Positions 24,173-32,000 of a stretch of DNA of 32,000 bases are shown here, one piece after another. The first letter of the stretch is position 1, and the number at the start of each line of letters is the position of its first letter. The translations under genes and the position numbers were made by a program. Source of the DNA: Floridaenema aerugineum BLCC-F46 (lineage in GTDB: Bacteria; Cyanobacteriota; Cyanobacteriia; Cyanobacteriales; Aerosakkonemataceae); the NCBI RefSeq assembly GCF_041929345.1, contig NZ_JBHFNQ010000161.1:1-32000 (forward strand). The letters are read 5' to 3'. The notes under the pieces are model-generated. The model was not told where the DNA came from and ran no database searches. It saw only the letters and a program-made list of their open reading frames with translations.

Positions 24173-25780
24173 ATGCAAGTTGTAGATTTTTCTGTAGATT
24201 CTCAAGGGGAAAAGTTTCGCTTTCTGCAAGGTCAATTGCGCGATCGCTGGCAGAGTATCGAAGGTGTTAATCTGGGAGATTATGATATTTTAGTGATTCC
24301 TTCTGTAAGTTTAGATCAGCGGGAACTACAGAAAGTGGAAGGATTTTTGAATTACGAAGAACGATTACTTTTTTCGTTAATACGGTTGCGAAATCCGCGA
24401 ACCAGAGTAATTTACGTAACTTCACAACCTTTGCCACCAATAGTAATTGATTATTACTTACAATTGCTGCCAGGAATTCCATTTTCTCATGCACGCGATC
24501 GCTTAATGTTATTTTCCACTTATGATTCTTCTGCCAAACCTTTAACCCAAAAAATATTAGAACGTCCTCGTTTAATGCAGCGGATTCGTCAAGCATTAAG
24601 ACCAGATAAATCTTTTATGATTTGTTATAACGCTACTCAATTAGAAAAAGATTTATCCTTACAGTTAGAAGTACCTTTATTAGCCGCAGATCCAGACTTA
24701 CTTTACTGGGGAAGTAAAAGCGGAAGTCGGCAAATTTTTGCTGAGAGTGGCGTACCTTATCCTGATGGAAGCGAACTGGTAAATAATGCTGATGATTTAG
24801 CAGAAGCAGCTGCGGAACTTTGGGAACGTCAACCACATTTACTAAGGATGGTAGTTAAGCTAAATGAAGGTTTTTCAGGCGAAGGAAATGCCGTTTTGGA
24901 CTTGAGAGAAATAGCTAATATGGCACCTGGTACTGTTTCCCATCGAGAAAGAGTGGGGGCGATTAGCGATCGCTTTACTTCCATGAGTTTCCAAGCTAAA
25001 AATGAAACATGGGAAAACTTCTCTAGTCGCATTCCTGAACTAGGCGCAATTGTCGAAGCTTTTATAGAAGGAGAAAAAAAGCACAGTCCTAGCGTTCAAG
25101 GTAGAATAACCCCCGAAGGTGAAGTAGAAATTCTCTCAACTCATGACCAAATTTTAGGCGGTTCTGACGGTCAAATTTACTTAGGTTGCTATTTCCCCGC
25201 CCAAGAATCTTATCGCTTAAAGTTGCAAGAATTAGGATTAAGAGTAGGAAAAAATCTCGCCGAAAAAGGTGCATTAGAAAGGTTTGGCGTTGACTTTATT
25301 GCTGTACGTCAACCTGATGTATCAGGTAAAGCGCAATGGGATTTACAAGCAATTGAAATTAACCTGAGAAAAGGTGGTACTACTCACCCGTTTATGACTC
25401 TGAAATTCTTAACAACTGGGCGTTATGATATGGCAACTGGCGTATTTTATAGTCAGCAAGGTAGCGCCAAATATTATATGGCTACTGATAACTTACAAAA
25501 AGAACGTTATCGCGGTTTGTTACCAAATGATTTGATGGATATTATCGCCGATCATCGCTTACATTTTGATACGAGTACCGAGACAGGAACAGTATTTCAT
25601 TTAATGGGTTGTCTCTCAGAATTTGGTAAATTAGGATTAACTTGCATTGGTAATTCTCCCCAACAAGCTAAAGATATTTACCACAAAGTAGTTAAAGTTT
25701 TAGATGAAGAAACCAAAGAAACAGCTATTGACGCTTATGCTTTATCATCTCATTGTTTACCAATGACTTGGCATGAGTAA
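24173..25780 (+). CDS. ATP-grasp-fold ligase-like protein (PGM1-related, function unknown)
   Basis: 535 aa. The central and C-terminal region has ATP-grasp-like elements ('VVKLNEGFSGEGN', 'VEAFIEGE', 'FGVDFIAV...LQAIEINLRKGGTTHP'). The family name is recalled from memory and not verified. Confidence 0.55.
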   Translation: MQVVDFSVDSQGEKFRFLQGQLRDRWQSIEGVNLGDYDILVIPSVSLDQRELQKVEGFLNYEERLLFSLIRLRNPRTRVIYVTSQPLPPIVIDYYLQLLPGIPFSHARDRLMLFSTYDSSAKPLTQKILERPRLMQRIRQALRPDKSFMICYNATQLEKDLSLQLEVPLLAADPDLLYWGSKSGSRQIFAESGVPYPDGSELVNNADDLAEAAAELWERQPHLLRMVVKLNEGFSGEGNAVLDLREIANMAPGTVSHRERVGAISDRFTSMSFQAKNETWENFSSRIPELGAIVEAFIEGEKKHSPSVQGRITPEGEVEILSTHDQILGGSDGQIYLGCYFPAQESYRLKLQELGLRVGKNLAEKGALERFGVDFIAVRQPDVSGKAQWDLQAIEINLRKGGTTHPFMTLKFLTTGRYDMATGVFYSQQGSAKYYMATDNLQKERYRGLLPNDLMDIIADHRLHFDTSTETGTVFHLMGCLSEFGKLGLTCIGNSPQQAKDIYHKVVKVLDEETKETAIDAYALSSHCLPMTWHE

Positions 25781-25950
25781 TATAGTTTGGCAAAAATAGA
25801 CATTTATTTTACATCATCTACCCAACAAGAAGACTAGGCTTACATCTGTGTTTATCTGTGGTAAAAAAACCTAGATATTGGAATTTATTTTATTCACTGC
25901 TTCAGAGTTTATTCAGAGATTAATTGGGAGATAGTAACAAGGATTCCTTA

Positions 25951-25959
25951 TGCTATAAT
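25951..25959 (+). promoter_or_regulatory. Extended -10 promoter candidate 'TGCTATAAT' upstream of the Ser/Thr kinase
   Basis: TGn plus the perfect TATAAT (25954-25959) lie about 45 nt upstream of GTG 26002. No good -35 is present. Confidence 0.35.
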
Positions 25960-26001
25960 TTGATCCTGTTTGGCAGCAAACAATCATGAACTTCTATTAA
26001 A

Positions 26002-27756
26002 GTGAAGATAAAGGAAAATCAAGTGACTCAAACTGTTGCCACAGCTGCCCATTGCATTAATCCTCATTGTCCACGCCCTTATCCCCAAACGAGGAGCAAT
26101 AATTTTTGTAGTGTTTGTGGCGCACCATTGCGAATTTTCAACCGTTATATACCACTCAAAAAATTAGGAGTTGGAGGATTTGCTGCGATTTATACAGTTT
26201 GGGATGAAAAAACTAAAAAAGAGCGAGTGTTAAAAGTTCTACTAGAAACTTCTCCCAAAGCTTTAGCATTATTTGAACAAGAAGCCACAGTTTTAGCAAG
26301 TTTACGCCATCCCGGAGTACCAAAAGTAGAACCTGATAGTTTTTTTCAGGTTACTTTCGGAAAGTCTCCAGAAGTTGTTTTGCCCTGTTTAGTAATGGAA
26401 AAAATTTCCGGTAAAACTTTAGAAGATATTTTAGAATATCATCAATATCAAGGTTTGCCGGAAGCATGGGTGCAAAATTGGCTCAAACAAGCTGTATATA
26501 TTTTACGAGAATTACACCAACGTAAAATTATTCATCGTGATATTAAACCCGCCAATTTAATGTTAAGAGAAGGCACAGAACAAATAGTATTAATTGACTT
26601 TGGTGGGGCAAAACAAATAGGTGCTAAACAAGCTAATTATCAGGCAAGTTCAACAAGGTTATTTTCTCCGGGATACAGTCCCCCAGAGCAAATTGCCGGG
26701 GCGGTAGTTGGGCCTAATGCTGATTTTTATGCTTTAGGAATGACCTGCATTCACTTACTTACAGGTAAATATCCCTTAGATTTGGAAGATCCTAAAACCG
26801 GAGATTTACATTGGGAAAATTTTACTAATGTTAGCCCAGGTTTGGCTAATTTGCTGGATGATATGATCCAGCCAAATATTGAAAAAAGACCAGCGAATGC
26901 TAATGAATTATTAGCTAGAATTAGAAAAATATCTTCTCAAACAATTACATCAACTGTTGCTAAAGCAATATTTCAAGTTATTAGCAAGTTACCCGCTGAT
27001 TTATTTAAACTGTCATTAGCTATTTTAGCATTATTTGGTCAATCAATTACAAAAACAATAGTTTTATTTTGGAAAGCGATCGCACATTTAACCAAAGCCT
27101 TTCTGAGTACTTTATGGCTAATAACTTTAGGTGGAATTGGTGGCTTTTCTGGGGCGATAGTGGGTCATTTATTAGCTTATCAAACAGCTTTTGCTAAAAA
27201 ATTAGATTACTTGATTTCCGAAAATTTGCCTCTATTAACTAATCTTACTATCTTCCCTACTTCAGGAATTGTTTTATTTAGTTGCGTTGGTTTAGTGACT
27301 GCTTGGGGCTTAATGTTAGCCGGAAATTTAGGGCAGAAACGGCGTTATTTAACTGCAACAATTCTGGGAATAGTAAGTTATGGATTAGGTTATCTTGTTA
27401 TGCAAAAAGTACCATCAAGCGCCATGTTACCACAAGATTCTATATTAATGATAGGAGTAGCAACTTTTATATTAATTTGGGGTTTAGGTTTACCAAGCCA
27501 TAAAATAGTTTATGCTTTGATTAGTAGTGTAGGTACATCTTTTGCCTTGTTAGGTTTATTACAATTAGTGATGAATATTGTTGTAATCATACTTGGCATA
27601 TTCGGCATACATAATAATTTTATCAGCAGCTTTAACTGGGCAAATCCTGTTTTTAATATGGTATTTTTTAGTAGTATGGGAATCATAATTGCTTTCTGGT
27701 TAAGTGTAACTCACTTTTTTGTTGTACCCGTTCTAAAAATGTTGGGTTGGCGTTAA
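26002..27756 (+). CDS. Ser/Thr protein kinase with an N-terminal zinc ribbon and a C-terminal polytopic membrane domain
   Basis: Zinc ribbon 'CINPHCPRP...CSVCGAPL'. Hanks kinase motifs 'LGVGGFAAIY', 'VLKVL', 'HRDIKPANLML', 'DFGGAK' and 'SPGYSPPEQ'. The last 260 aa or so are strongly hydrophobic, with multiple TM segments. The start could be GTG 26002 or GTG 26023 (AAGGAAA upstream). Confidence 0.88.
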   Translation: MKIKENQVTQTVATAAHCINPHCPRPYPQTRSNNFCSVCGAPLRIFNRYIPLKKLGVGGFAAIYTVWDEKTKKERVLKVLLETSPKALALFEQEATVLASLRHPGVPKVEPDSFFQVTFGKSPEVVLPCLVMEKISGKTLEDILEYHQYQGLPEAWVQNWLKQAVYILRELHQRKIIHRDIKPANLMLREGTEQIVLIDFGGAKQIGAKQANYQASSTRLFSPGYSPPEQIAGAVVGPNADFYALGMTCIHLLTGKYPLDLEDPKTGDLHWENFTNVSPGLANLLDDMIQPNIEKRPANANELLARIRKISSQTITSTVAKAIFQVISKLPADLFKLSLAILALFGQSITKTIVLFWKAIAHLTKAFLSTLWLITLGGIGGFSGAIVGHLLAYQTAFAKKLDYLISENLPLLTNLTIFPTSGIVLFSCVGLVTAWGLMLAGNLGQKRRYLTATILGIVSYGLGYLVMQKVPSSAMLPQDSILMIGVATFILIWGLGLPSHKIVYALISSVGTSFALLGLLQLVMNIVVIILGIFGIHNNFISSFNWANPVFNMVFFSSMGIIIAFWLSVTHFFVVPVLKMLGWR

Positions 27757-27762
27757 GTAAAA

Positions 27763-28755
27763 ATGCGAAATTATTTACAGTTTAATTCATCACCACCTAT
27801 AATTATTGCCCATCGAGGCGCAAGCGGTTTCCGTCCAGAACATACTTTAGCATCTTATGAATTAGCTATTAGTTTAGGTGCTGATTATATTGAACCGGAT
27901 TTAGTTTGTACAAAAGATGGTGTATTAATTGCACGTCATGAAAATGAAATTTCTACTACTACTAATGTAGCTGAATGCCTCGAATTTGCTAATCGTCAAA
28001 CTACTAAATTAATTGATGGTAAATCAATCACTGGTTGGTTTACTGAGGACTTTACATTAGAAGAGATTAAAACCCTGAAAGCTAAAGAAAGATTGCCTTT
28101 TCGAGATCAAAGTTTTAACAATCAATTCTCAATTCCGACTTTTCAGGAAATTATTGATTTGGTCAAGGTGAAAAGTGGGGAAATTGGTCGATCGATCGGA
28201 ATTTACCCAGAAACTAAACACCCAACTTATTTTGCTTCCATTGGTTTACCTTTAGAAGAACCATTAATTGAAATTCTTCATAATAACGGATATAAATCTG
28301 CTACAGATCCGATTTTTATCCAATCTTTTGAAACTGGAAATTTGCAAAAGTTGAGAAAATTAACTGATTTACCATTGATTCAATTACTAGAAAATTTTGG
28401 GCAACCTTTTGACTTGGTGATGAATGGCGATTCGCGCACCTACCAAGACTTAACCGCACCCCAAGAATTAGCAAAAATTGCCGAATACGCCGCCGGAATC
28501 GGCCCAAATAAACAAATGATTATCCCTGTAGATAGTGATGGCAAATTACTAAATCCTACATCTTTAATTGCCGATGCTCATGCTGTAGGATTACTAGTTC
28601 ATCCTTACACTTTCCGTAACGAAAAGCAATATTTAGCACGCGATTATAACGATAATCCAGAAACAGAATATGAGCAATTTTTTAACTTAGGTGTAGATGG
28701 CGTATTTACTGATTTTACTAATACGGCATTAACAGTAATTCAGCGAATATGGTAA
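27763..28755 (+). CDS. Glycerophosphodiester phosphodiesterase (GDPD family)
   Basis: 330 aa with 'IIAHRGASGFRPEHTLASYELAISLGADYIEPDLVCTKDGVLIARHE' carrying the catalytic HR...E.D...H signature. Confidence 0.88.
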   Translation: MRNYLQFNSSPPIIIAHRGASGFRPEHTLASYELAISLGADYIEPDLVCTKDGVLIARHENEISTTTNVAECLEFANRQTTKLIDGKSITGWFTEDFTLEEIKTLKAKERLPFRDQSFNNQFSIPTFQEIIDLVKVKSGEIGRSIGIYPETKHPTYFASIGLPLEEPLIEILHNNGYKSATDPIFIQSFETGNLQKLRKLTDLPLIQLLENFGQPFDLVMNGDSRTYQDLTAPQELAKIAEYAAGIGPNKQMIIPVDSDGKLLNPTSLIADAHAVGLLVHPYTFRNEKQYLARDYNDNPETEYEQFFNLGVDGVFTDFTNTALTVIQRIW

Positions 28756-28796
28756 AGTATTAATAACGAGAAATTACCATTCCTAATCATATCGTC

Positions 28797-29630
28797 ATGT
28801 CACAACAGCGGACTGTCATTCCTCAGACAGAACCTCCCCTTCCGGCAAAGGAAACTCTGCCGACAATGTACGATTTGCCTAGCGAAAACCCGGAGGAACC
28901 TGGTTTGCCTGATGAGTTTCACATTTGGCAACCGCAGTTGCTTACTCGCACCTTGCAATTAACAGATTATCCGCCTTCACGCCTCTTTGTTGGCACCGAT
29001 TTAAACTTGTACTACGATGTGAAAAATCCTTTGTGGCACAAGCGTCCTGATTGGTTTCTCGTTTTAGATGTACCGCGCTTGTATGAAGGAACAGATTTGC
29101 GTTCTAGTTACGTTGTTTGGCAAGAAGGAGTGAATTCATTTTTAGTTGTGGAACTGCTTTCGCCGGGAACAGAAAAAGAAGATTTGGGAGAACTGGCGCT
29201 GTTAGAAGATGACGAGATTTCGGAAGTAGATTCTACGGAAATTAACGGACAACCGAAGAGAGAAATACCGCCGAGAAAATGGGACGTTTATGAGCGAATT
29301 TTACGAGTACCTTATTATGTTGTATTTAGTCGGTATAGCGATCGCCTACGCGGATTTAAACTCAATGGTGGACGCTATCGAGAACAAAGTATAGATCCTG
29401 AAAAACCTCTGTTTTTGATTCCCGAACTAAAATTGGGATTGGGAATTTGGCAAGGAGAATTTGAGGGAATTAATCGTTCTTGGTTGCGCTGGTGTGATCA
29501 GGAGGGAAATTGGTTACAAACAGAAGCGGAACGAGAACGACAAAAACGAATTCAATTAGCAGAAAAGTTAAAGTCGCTTTCTGCCGAACAATTAGCAGCT
29601 TTAGGAATTAGTCTTGAGGATTTGGAATAG
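28797..29630 (+). CDS. Uma2 (DUF820) family endonuclease with a C-terminal helical extension
   Basis: 277 aa with 'LPTMYDLPSENPEEPGLPDEFHIWQPQLL', typical of cyanobacterial Uma2 proteins. Nuclease-core-like 'RPDWFLVLDV' and 'VVELLSPGT' are present. The tail is charged ('EAERERQKRIQLAEKLKSL'). Confidence 0.8.
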   Translation: MSQQRTVIPQTEPPLPAKETLPTMYDLPSENPEEPGLPDEFHIWQPQLLTRTLQLTDYPPSRLFVGTDLNLYYDVKNPLWHKRPDWFLVLDVPRLYEGTDLRSSYVVWQEGVNSFLVVELLSPGTEKEDLGELALLEDDEISEVDSTEINGQPKREIPPRKWDVYERILRVPYYVVFSRYSDRLRGFKLNGGRYREQSIDPEKPLFLIPELKLGLGIWQGEFEGINRSWLRWCDQEGNWLQTEAERERQKRIQLAEKLKSLSAEQLAALGISLEDLE

Positions 29631-29635
29631 TAGAA

Positions 29636-29863
29636 CTAAGTAGGGCTTGCTGAATAAGTCTATTGGTGGGGGTAGGGACACGGCATCATTAATATTTGCC
29701 ACTCTTACGTTATCTCTTTCATGCCTTGTCCCTACAATTTCCTCGAAAGGAGTATTGAATTTTGCGCCAAAAGGTCTGAAAAACTTGCACTTGTATATGC
29801 AAAAAAGGCGCTTTCACCATTGCCTATCTTACTTTTTACTTTTATTCAGCAAGCCCTAAGTAG
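29636..29863. mobile_element. MITE (212 bp) with 14-bp terminal inverted repeats and an 8-bp direct duplication
   Basis: The terminal inverted repeats are 'GGCTTGCTGAATAA' (29644-29657) and 'TTATTCAGCAAGCC' (29842-29855). They are flanked by identical 'CTAAGTAG' at 29636-29643 and 29856-29863. An internal 15-nt inverted repeat, GTAGGGACACGGCAT / ATGCCTTGTCCCTAC, is also present. Confidence 0.75.
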
Positions 29864-29889
29864 GTATGTATAAATCAAGTGACAATTAA

Positions 29890-29953
29890 GGCGGGCAGGA
29901 TGCCCACCCCACAAGAGTTATAGCTTTCTTGTGGGGTGGGCATCCTGCCCGCC
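29890..29953. repeat. 26-bp-stem hairpin repeat (same family as 3022-3132)
   Basis: 'GGCGGGCAGGATGCCCACCCCACAAG' (29890-29915) pairs with 'CTTGTGGGGTGGGCATCCTGCCCGCC' (29928-29953) across a 12-nt loop. Confidence 0.9.
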
Positions 29954-29996
29954 CTATCCTTAGCGTAACGCACCCTTCAACTGAGCAATGATTGAG

Positions 29997-31907
29997 TTAG
30001 GAACTACTTGCAACTGACCAATCTTGCTTGAATTGAGATTCAGGTAACTGAGTATATTCAGAAACAATTTTTCGTAACTCTTCACCATCAATTGTTTCCT
30101 TGTCAATCAATAAATCGACTAAGCGATCGATCAAAGTGCGATTTTCGCTAATAATGCCTTTCGCATCGTCATAGCATTTTGACACAATCAATCTTACCTG
30201 TTCATCGATATGAGCCGCGATCGCTTCCGAATATTCCGCACGATTGGCAAAATCTCGACCTAAAAACACCTCATTACTCTGAGTTTCTAAAGCTAACAGA
30301 CCCAACTCCGACATTCCGAAACGAGTCACCATTTGCCTTGCTAAATTACTCACTTGTTGCAAATCGCCACCTGCACCCGTCGTAATTTCCGCATCACCGA
30401 AAATCACCTCTTCCGCAGCGCGTCCACCCAAAGCATCGCAAATCATCCCAATTAACTGCGACTTAGAAATTAAACCCCGTTCTTCATTAGGAGTAAACCA
30501 AGTTAATCCCAACGCTTGACCGCGAGGAATCAAAGTTACCTTTTCTACTGGATCGTGACCTTTCATCAAAGTCCCGACGATCGCATGACCAACTTCATGA
30601 TAAGCAATTAACCGCTTCTTCTTGCTATCAACCAAAGGCGTACCTTCCATTCCCGCAACCACCCGATCGACAGCATCATTAACTTCCAGCATGGTAATTG
30701 CTTCTTTGCGCCGTCTAGCGGTCAAAATTGCCGCTTCATTCAGCAAATTGGCTAAATCTGCACCAGTAAAACCGGGAGTTCTGCGAGCGATCGTTTCCAG
30801 CGACACCTCCTCCGACACCTTCTTATTCCGCGCATGAACCTTGAGGATTTCCAAACGTCCCTTCATATCTGGTGCATCTACGATCACTTGTCTGTCAAAG
30901 CGTCCCGGACGCAACAAAGCAGCATCGAGAACATCAGGACGGTTAGTAGCAGCAATAATAATAATTCCCGAATTACCTTCAAACCCATCCATTTCCGTGA
31001 GTAACTGGTTTAAAGTTTGCTCCCTTTCATCATTTCCGCCACCAATCCCAGTTCCCCGCATTCTCCCAACGGCATCAATTTCATCGATAAATACTAAACA
31101 GGGAGCATTTTCCTTCGCTTTTTTAAACAAATCGCGGACGCGGGAAGCACCCACACCGACAAACATTTCCACAAACTCTGAACCAGAAATACTAAAGAAA
31201 GGAACACCAGCTTCTCCAGCAATAGCCTTAGCTAACAAAGTTTTTCCAGTTCCCGGAGGGCCAATTAACAATACACCTTTAGGAATTTTCGCACCCACAG
31301 CCGTAAACCGTTCTGGCTGTTTTAAGAAAGTTACAACTTCTTGTAATTCTTCTTTTGCTTCCTCAATACCCGCTACATCTTCAAACTTAATTCCGGTTTT
31401 CGCTTCCATTTGAAAACGAGCACGAGACTTACCAAAATTCATTGCTTGGTTAGAAGCATTAGCCGATCGGCGTACAATCATCAACAACCCAGAAATTAAC
31501 AGAATCACCAACAGTAAATTGATGACAAAGCCTAAAGCGGCGCTATTATCAGTTGTTGGTTGGACAGCAAATTGGACTCGCTTCGATCGCAGCTTTTCAA
31601 TTAACTCTCGATTATCCTCAAACAAATTCACCGTTGCTGGCGAATCCGTCTTATCAGCACCCTGCAATTCCACCCTAGCTACACGCTGCGTCGGATCGAT
31701 ATCAACCTTAGTAACTTTACCCGCATCTATTTTCTTGAGCAACTCATTGTAACTCATCGTTTCCTGCTGGTCAGAAGAAGCTAGAACAGGGGGAACTCCA
31801 GGCAACGCACTCTGTAACAATAACCAACTAGCTGTAATCGCTCCCGTCAAAAACACATTTTTCTTAGGGTGCTGTCTGCTCGACTTTTTCATCCAGGAAT
31901 TTTTCAT
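29997..31907 (-). CDS. ftsH: ATP-dependent zinc metalloprotease FtsH
   Basis: 636 aa with two N-terminal TM segments, AAA+ Walker A 'GPPGTGKT', Walker B 'IVFIDEIDA' (read as '[11 protein letters not shown]'), SRH '[20 protein letters not shown]', and the protease motif 'HEVGHAIVG'. Confidence 0.93.
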   Translation of the reverse strand: MKNSWMKKSSRQHPKKNVFLTGAITASWLLLQSALPGVPPVLASSDQQETMSYNELLKKIDAGKVTKVDIDPTQRVARVELQGADKTDSPATVNLFEDNRELIEKLRSKRVQFAVQPTTDNSAALGFVINLLLVILLISGLLMIVRRSANASNQAMNFGKSRARFQMEAKTGIKFEDVAGIEEAKEELQEVVTFLKQPERFTAVGAKIPKGVLLIGPPGTGKTLLAKAIAGEAGVPFFSISGSEFVEMFVGVGASRVRDLFKKAKENAPCLVFIDEIDAVGRMRGTGIGGGNDEREQTLNQLLTEMDGFEGNSGIIIIAATNRPDVLDAALLRPGRFDRQVIVDAPDMKGRLEILKVHARNKKVSEEVSLETIARRTPGFTGADLANLLNEAAILTARRRKEAITMLEVNDAVDRVVAGMEGTPLVDSKKKRLIAYHEVGHAIVGTLMKGHDPVEKVTLIPRGQALGLTWFTPNEERGLISKSQLIGMICDALGGRAAEEVIFGDAEITTGAGGDLQQVSNLARQMVTRFGMSELGLLALETQSNEVFLGRDFANRAEYSEAIAAHIDEQVRLIVSKCYDDAKGIISENRTLIDRLVDLLIDKETIDGEELRKIVSEYTQLPESQFKQDWSVASSS

Positions 31908-32000
31908 AATGCGTTAGCCCTTTTGCTGCTGTGATTACCCAGATTACCCAAGGGTAATTTAAGAAAAGACACTCTTATTGATCCAGTGTAGCTAAAGAGG

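Noticed and set aside
29647-29859. A 70-aa ORF.
   Set aside because: It lies wholly inside the 212-bp MITE between its terminal inverted repeats, and it has no RBS or motif.
30841-31413. A 190-aa ORF antisense to ftsH. The same applies to the antisense ORFs at 2256..2663, 6619..6945, 8533..8810, 19962..20348, 22951..23223 and 24267..24596.
   Set aside because: Each is fully nested opposite a strongly supported gene, has low-complexity or Ser/Pro/Arg-rich composition, and carries no motifs. These are typical shadow ORFs.

Overview
This window looks like a chromosomal segment from a filamentous, Oscillatoriales-like cyanobacterium. I infer this from dense HIP1 octamers (GCGATCGC), STRR heptamer arrays including CCCCAGT, chlD, several ftsH-type housekeeping genes, and the ybeY-dgkA-trpG gene order. 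I support about 24 protein genes, and most are housekeeping. They are a P2-type cation ATPase, an OmpR-type regulator, a sensor kinase, chlD, a GNAT, a solitary C5 DNA methyltransferase, a group-3 sigma factor, a BI-1 family protein, prfB with its +1 frameshift, ybeY, dgkA, trpG/pabA, an MBL-fold hydrolase, pepP, a DUF421 protein, an ATP-grasp ligase-like protein, a Ser/Thr kinase, a glycerophosphodiester phosphodiesterase, two Uma2 nucleases and ftsH. I found no rRNA, tRNA or CRISPR array, and no recognisable defence island. The accessory content is a tnpA-less IS200/IS605-type element carrying tnpB with definable ends, a 212-bp MITE, and many small palindromic or tandem repeat families in nearly every intergenic region. 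The best candidates for something undescribed are: (1) two adjacent paralogous coiled-coil-rich proteins behind a near-consensus promoter; (2) the TnpB element, whose right end abuts a gene start; (3) a dsRBD-only remnant or stand-alone gene inside a block that separates a kinase from a regulator; (4) an orphan m5C methyltransferase overlapping a GNAT gene and ending in a 40-bp perfect palindrome. All family assignments come from motif reading only, because no database search was possible.
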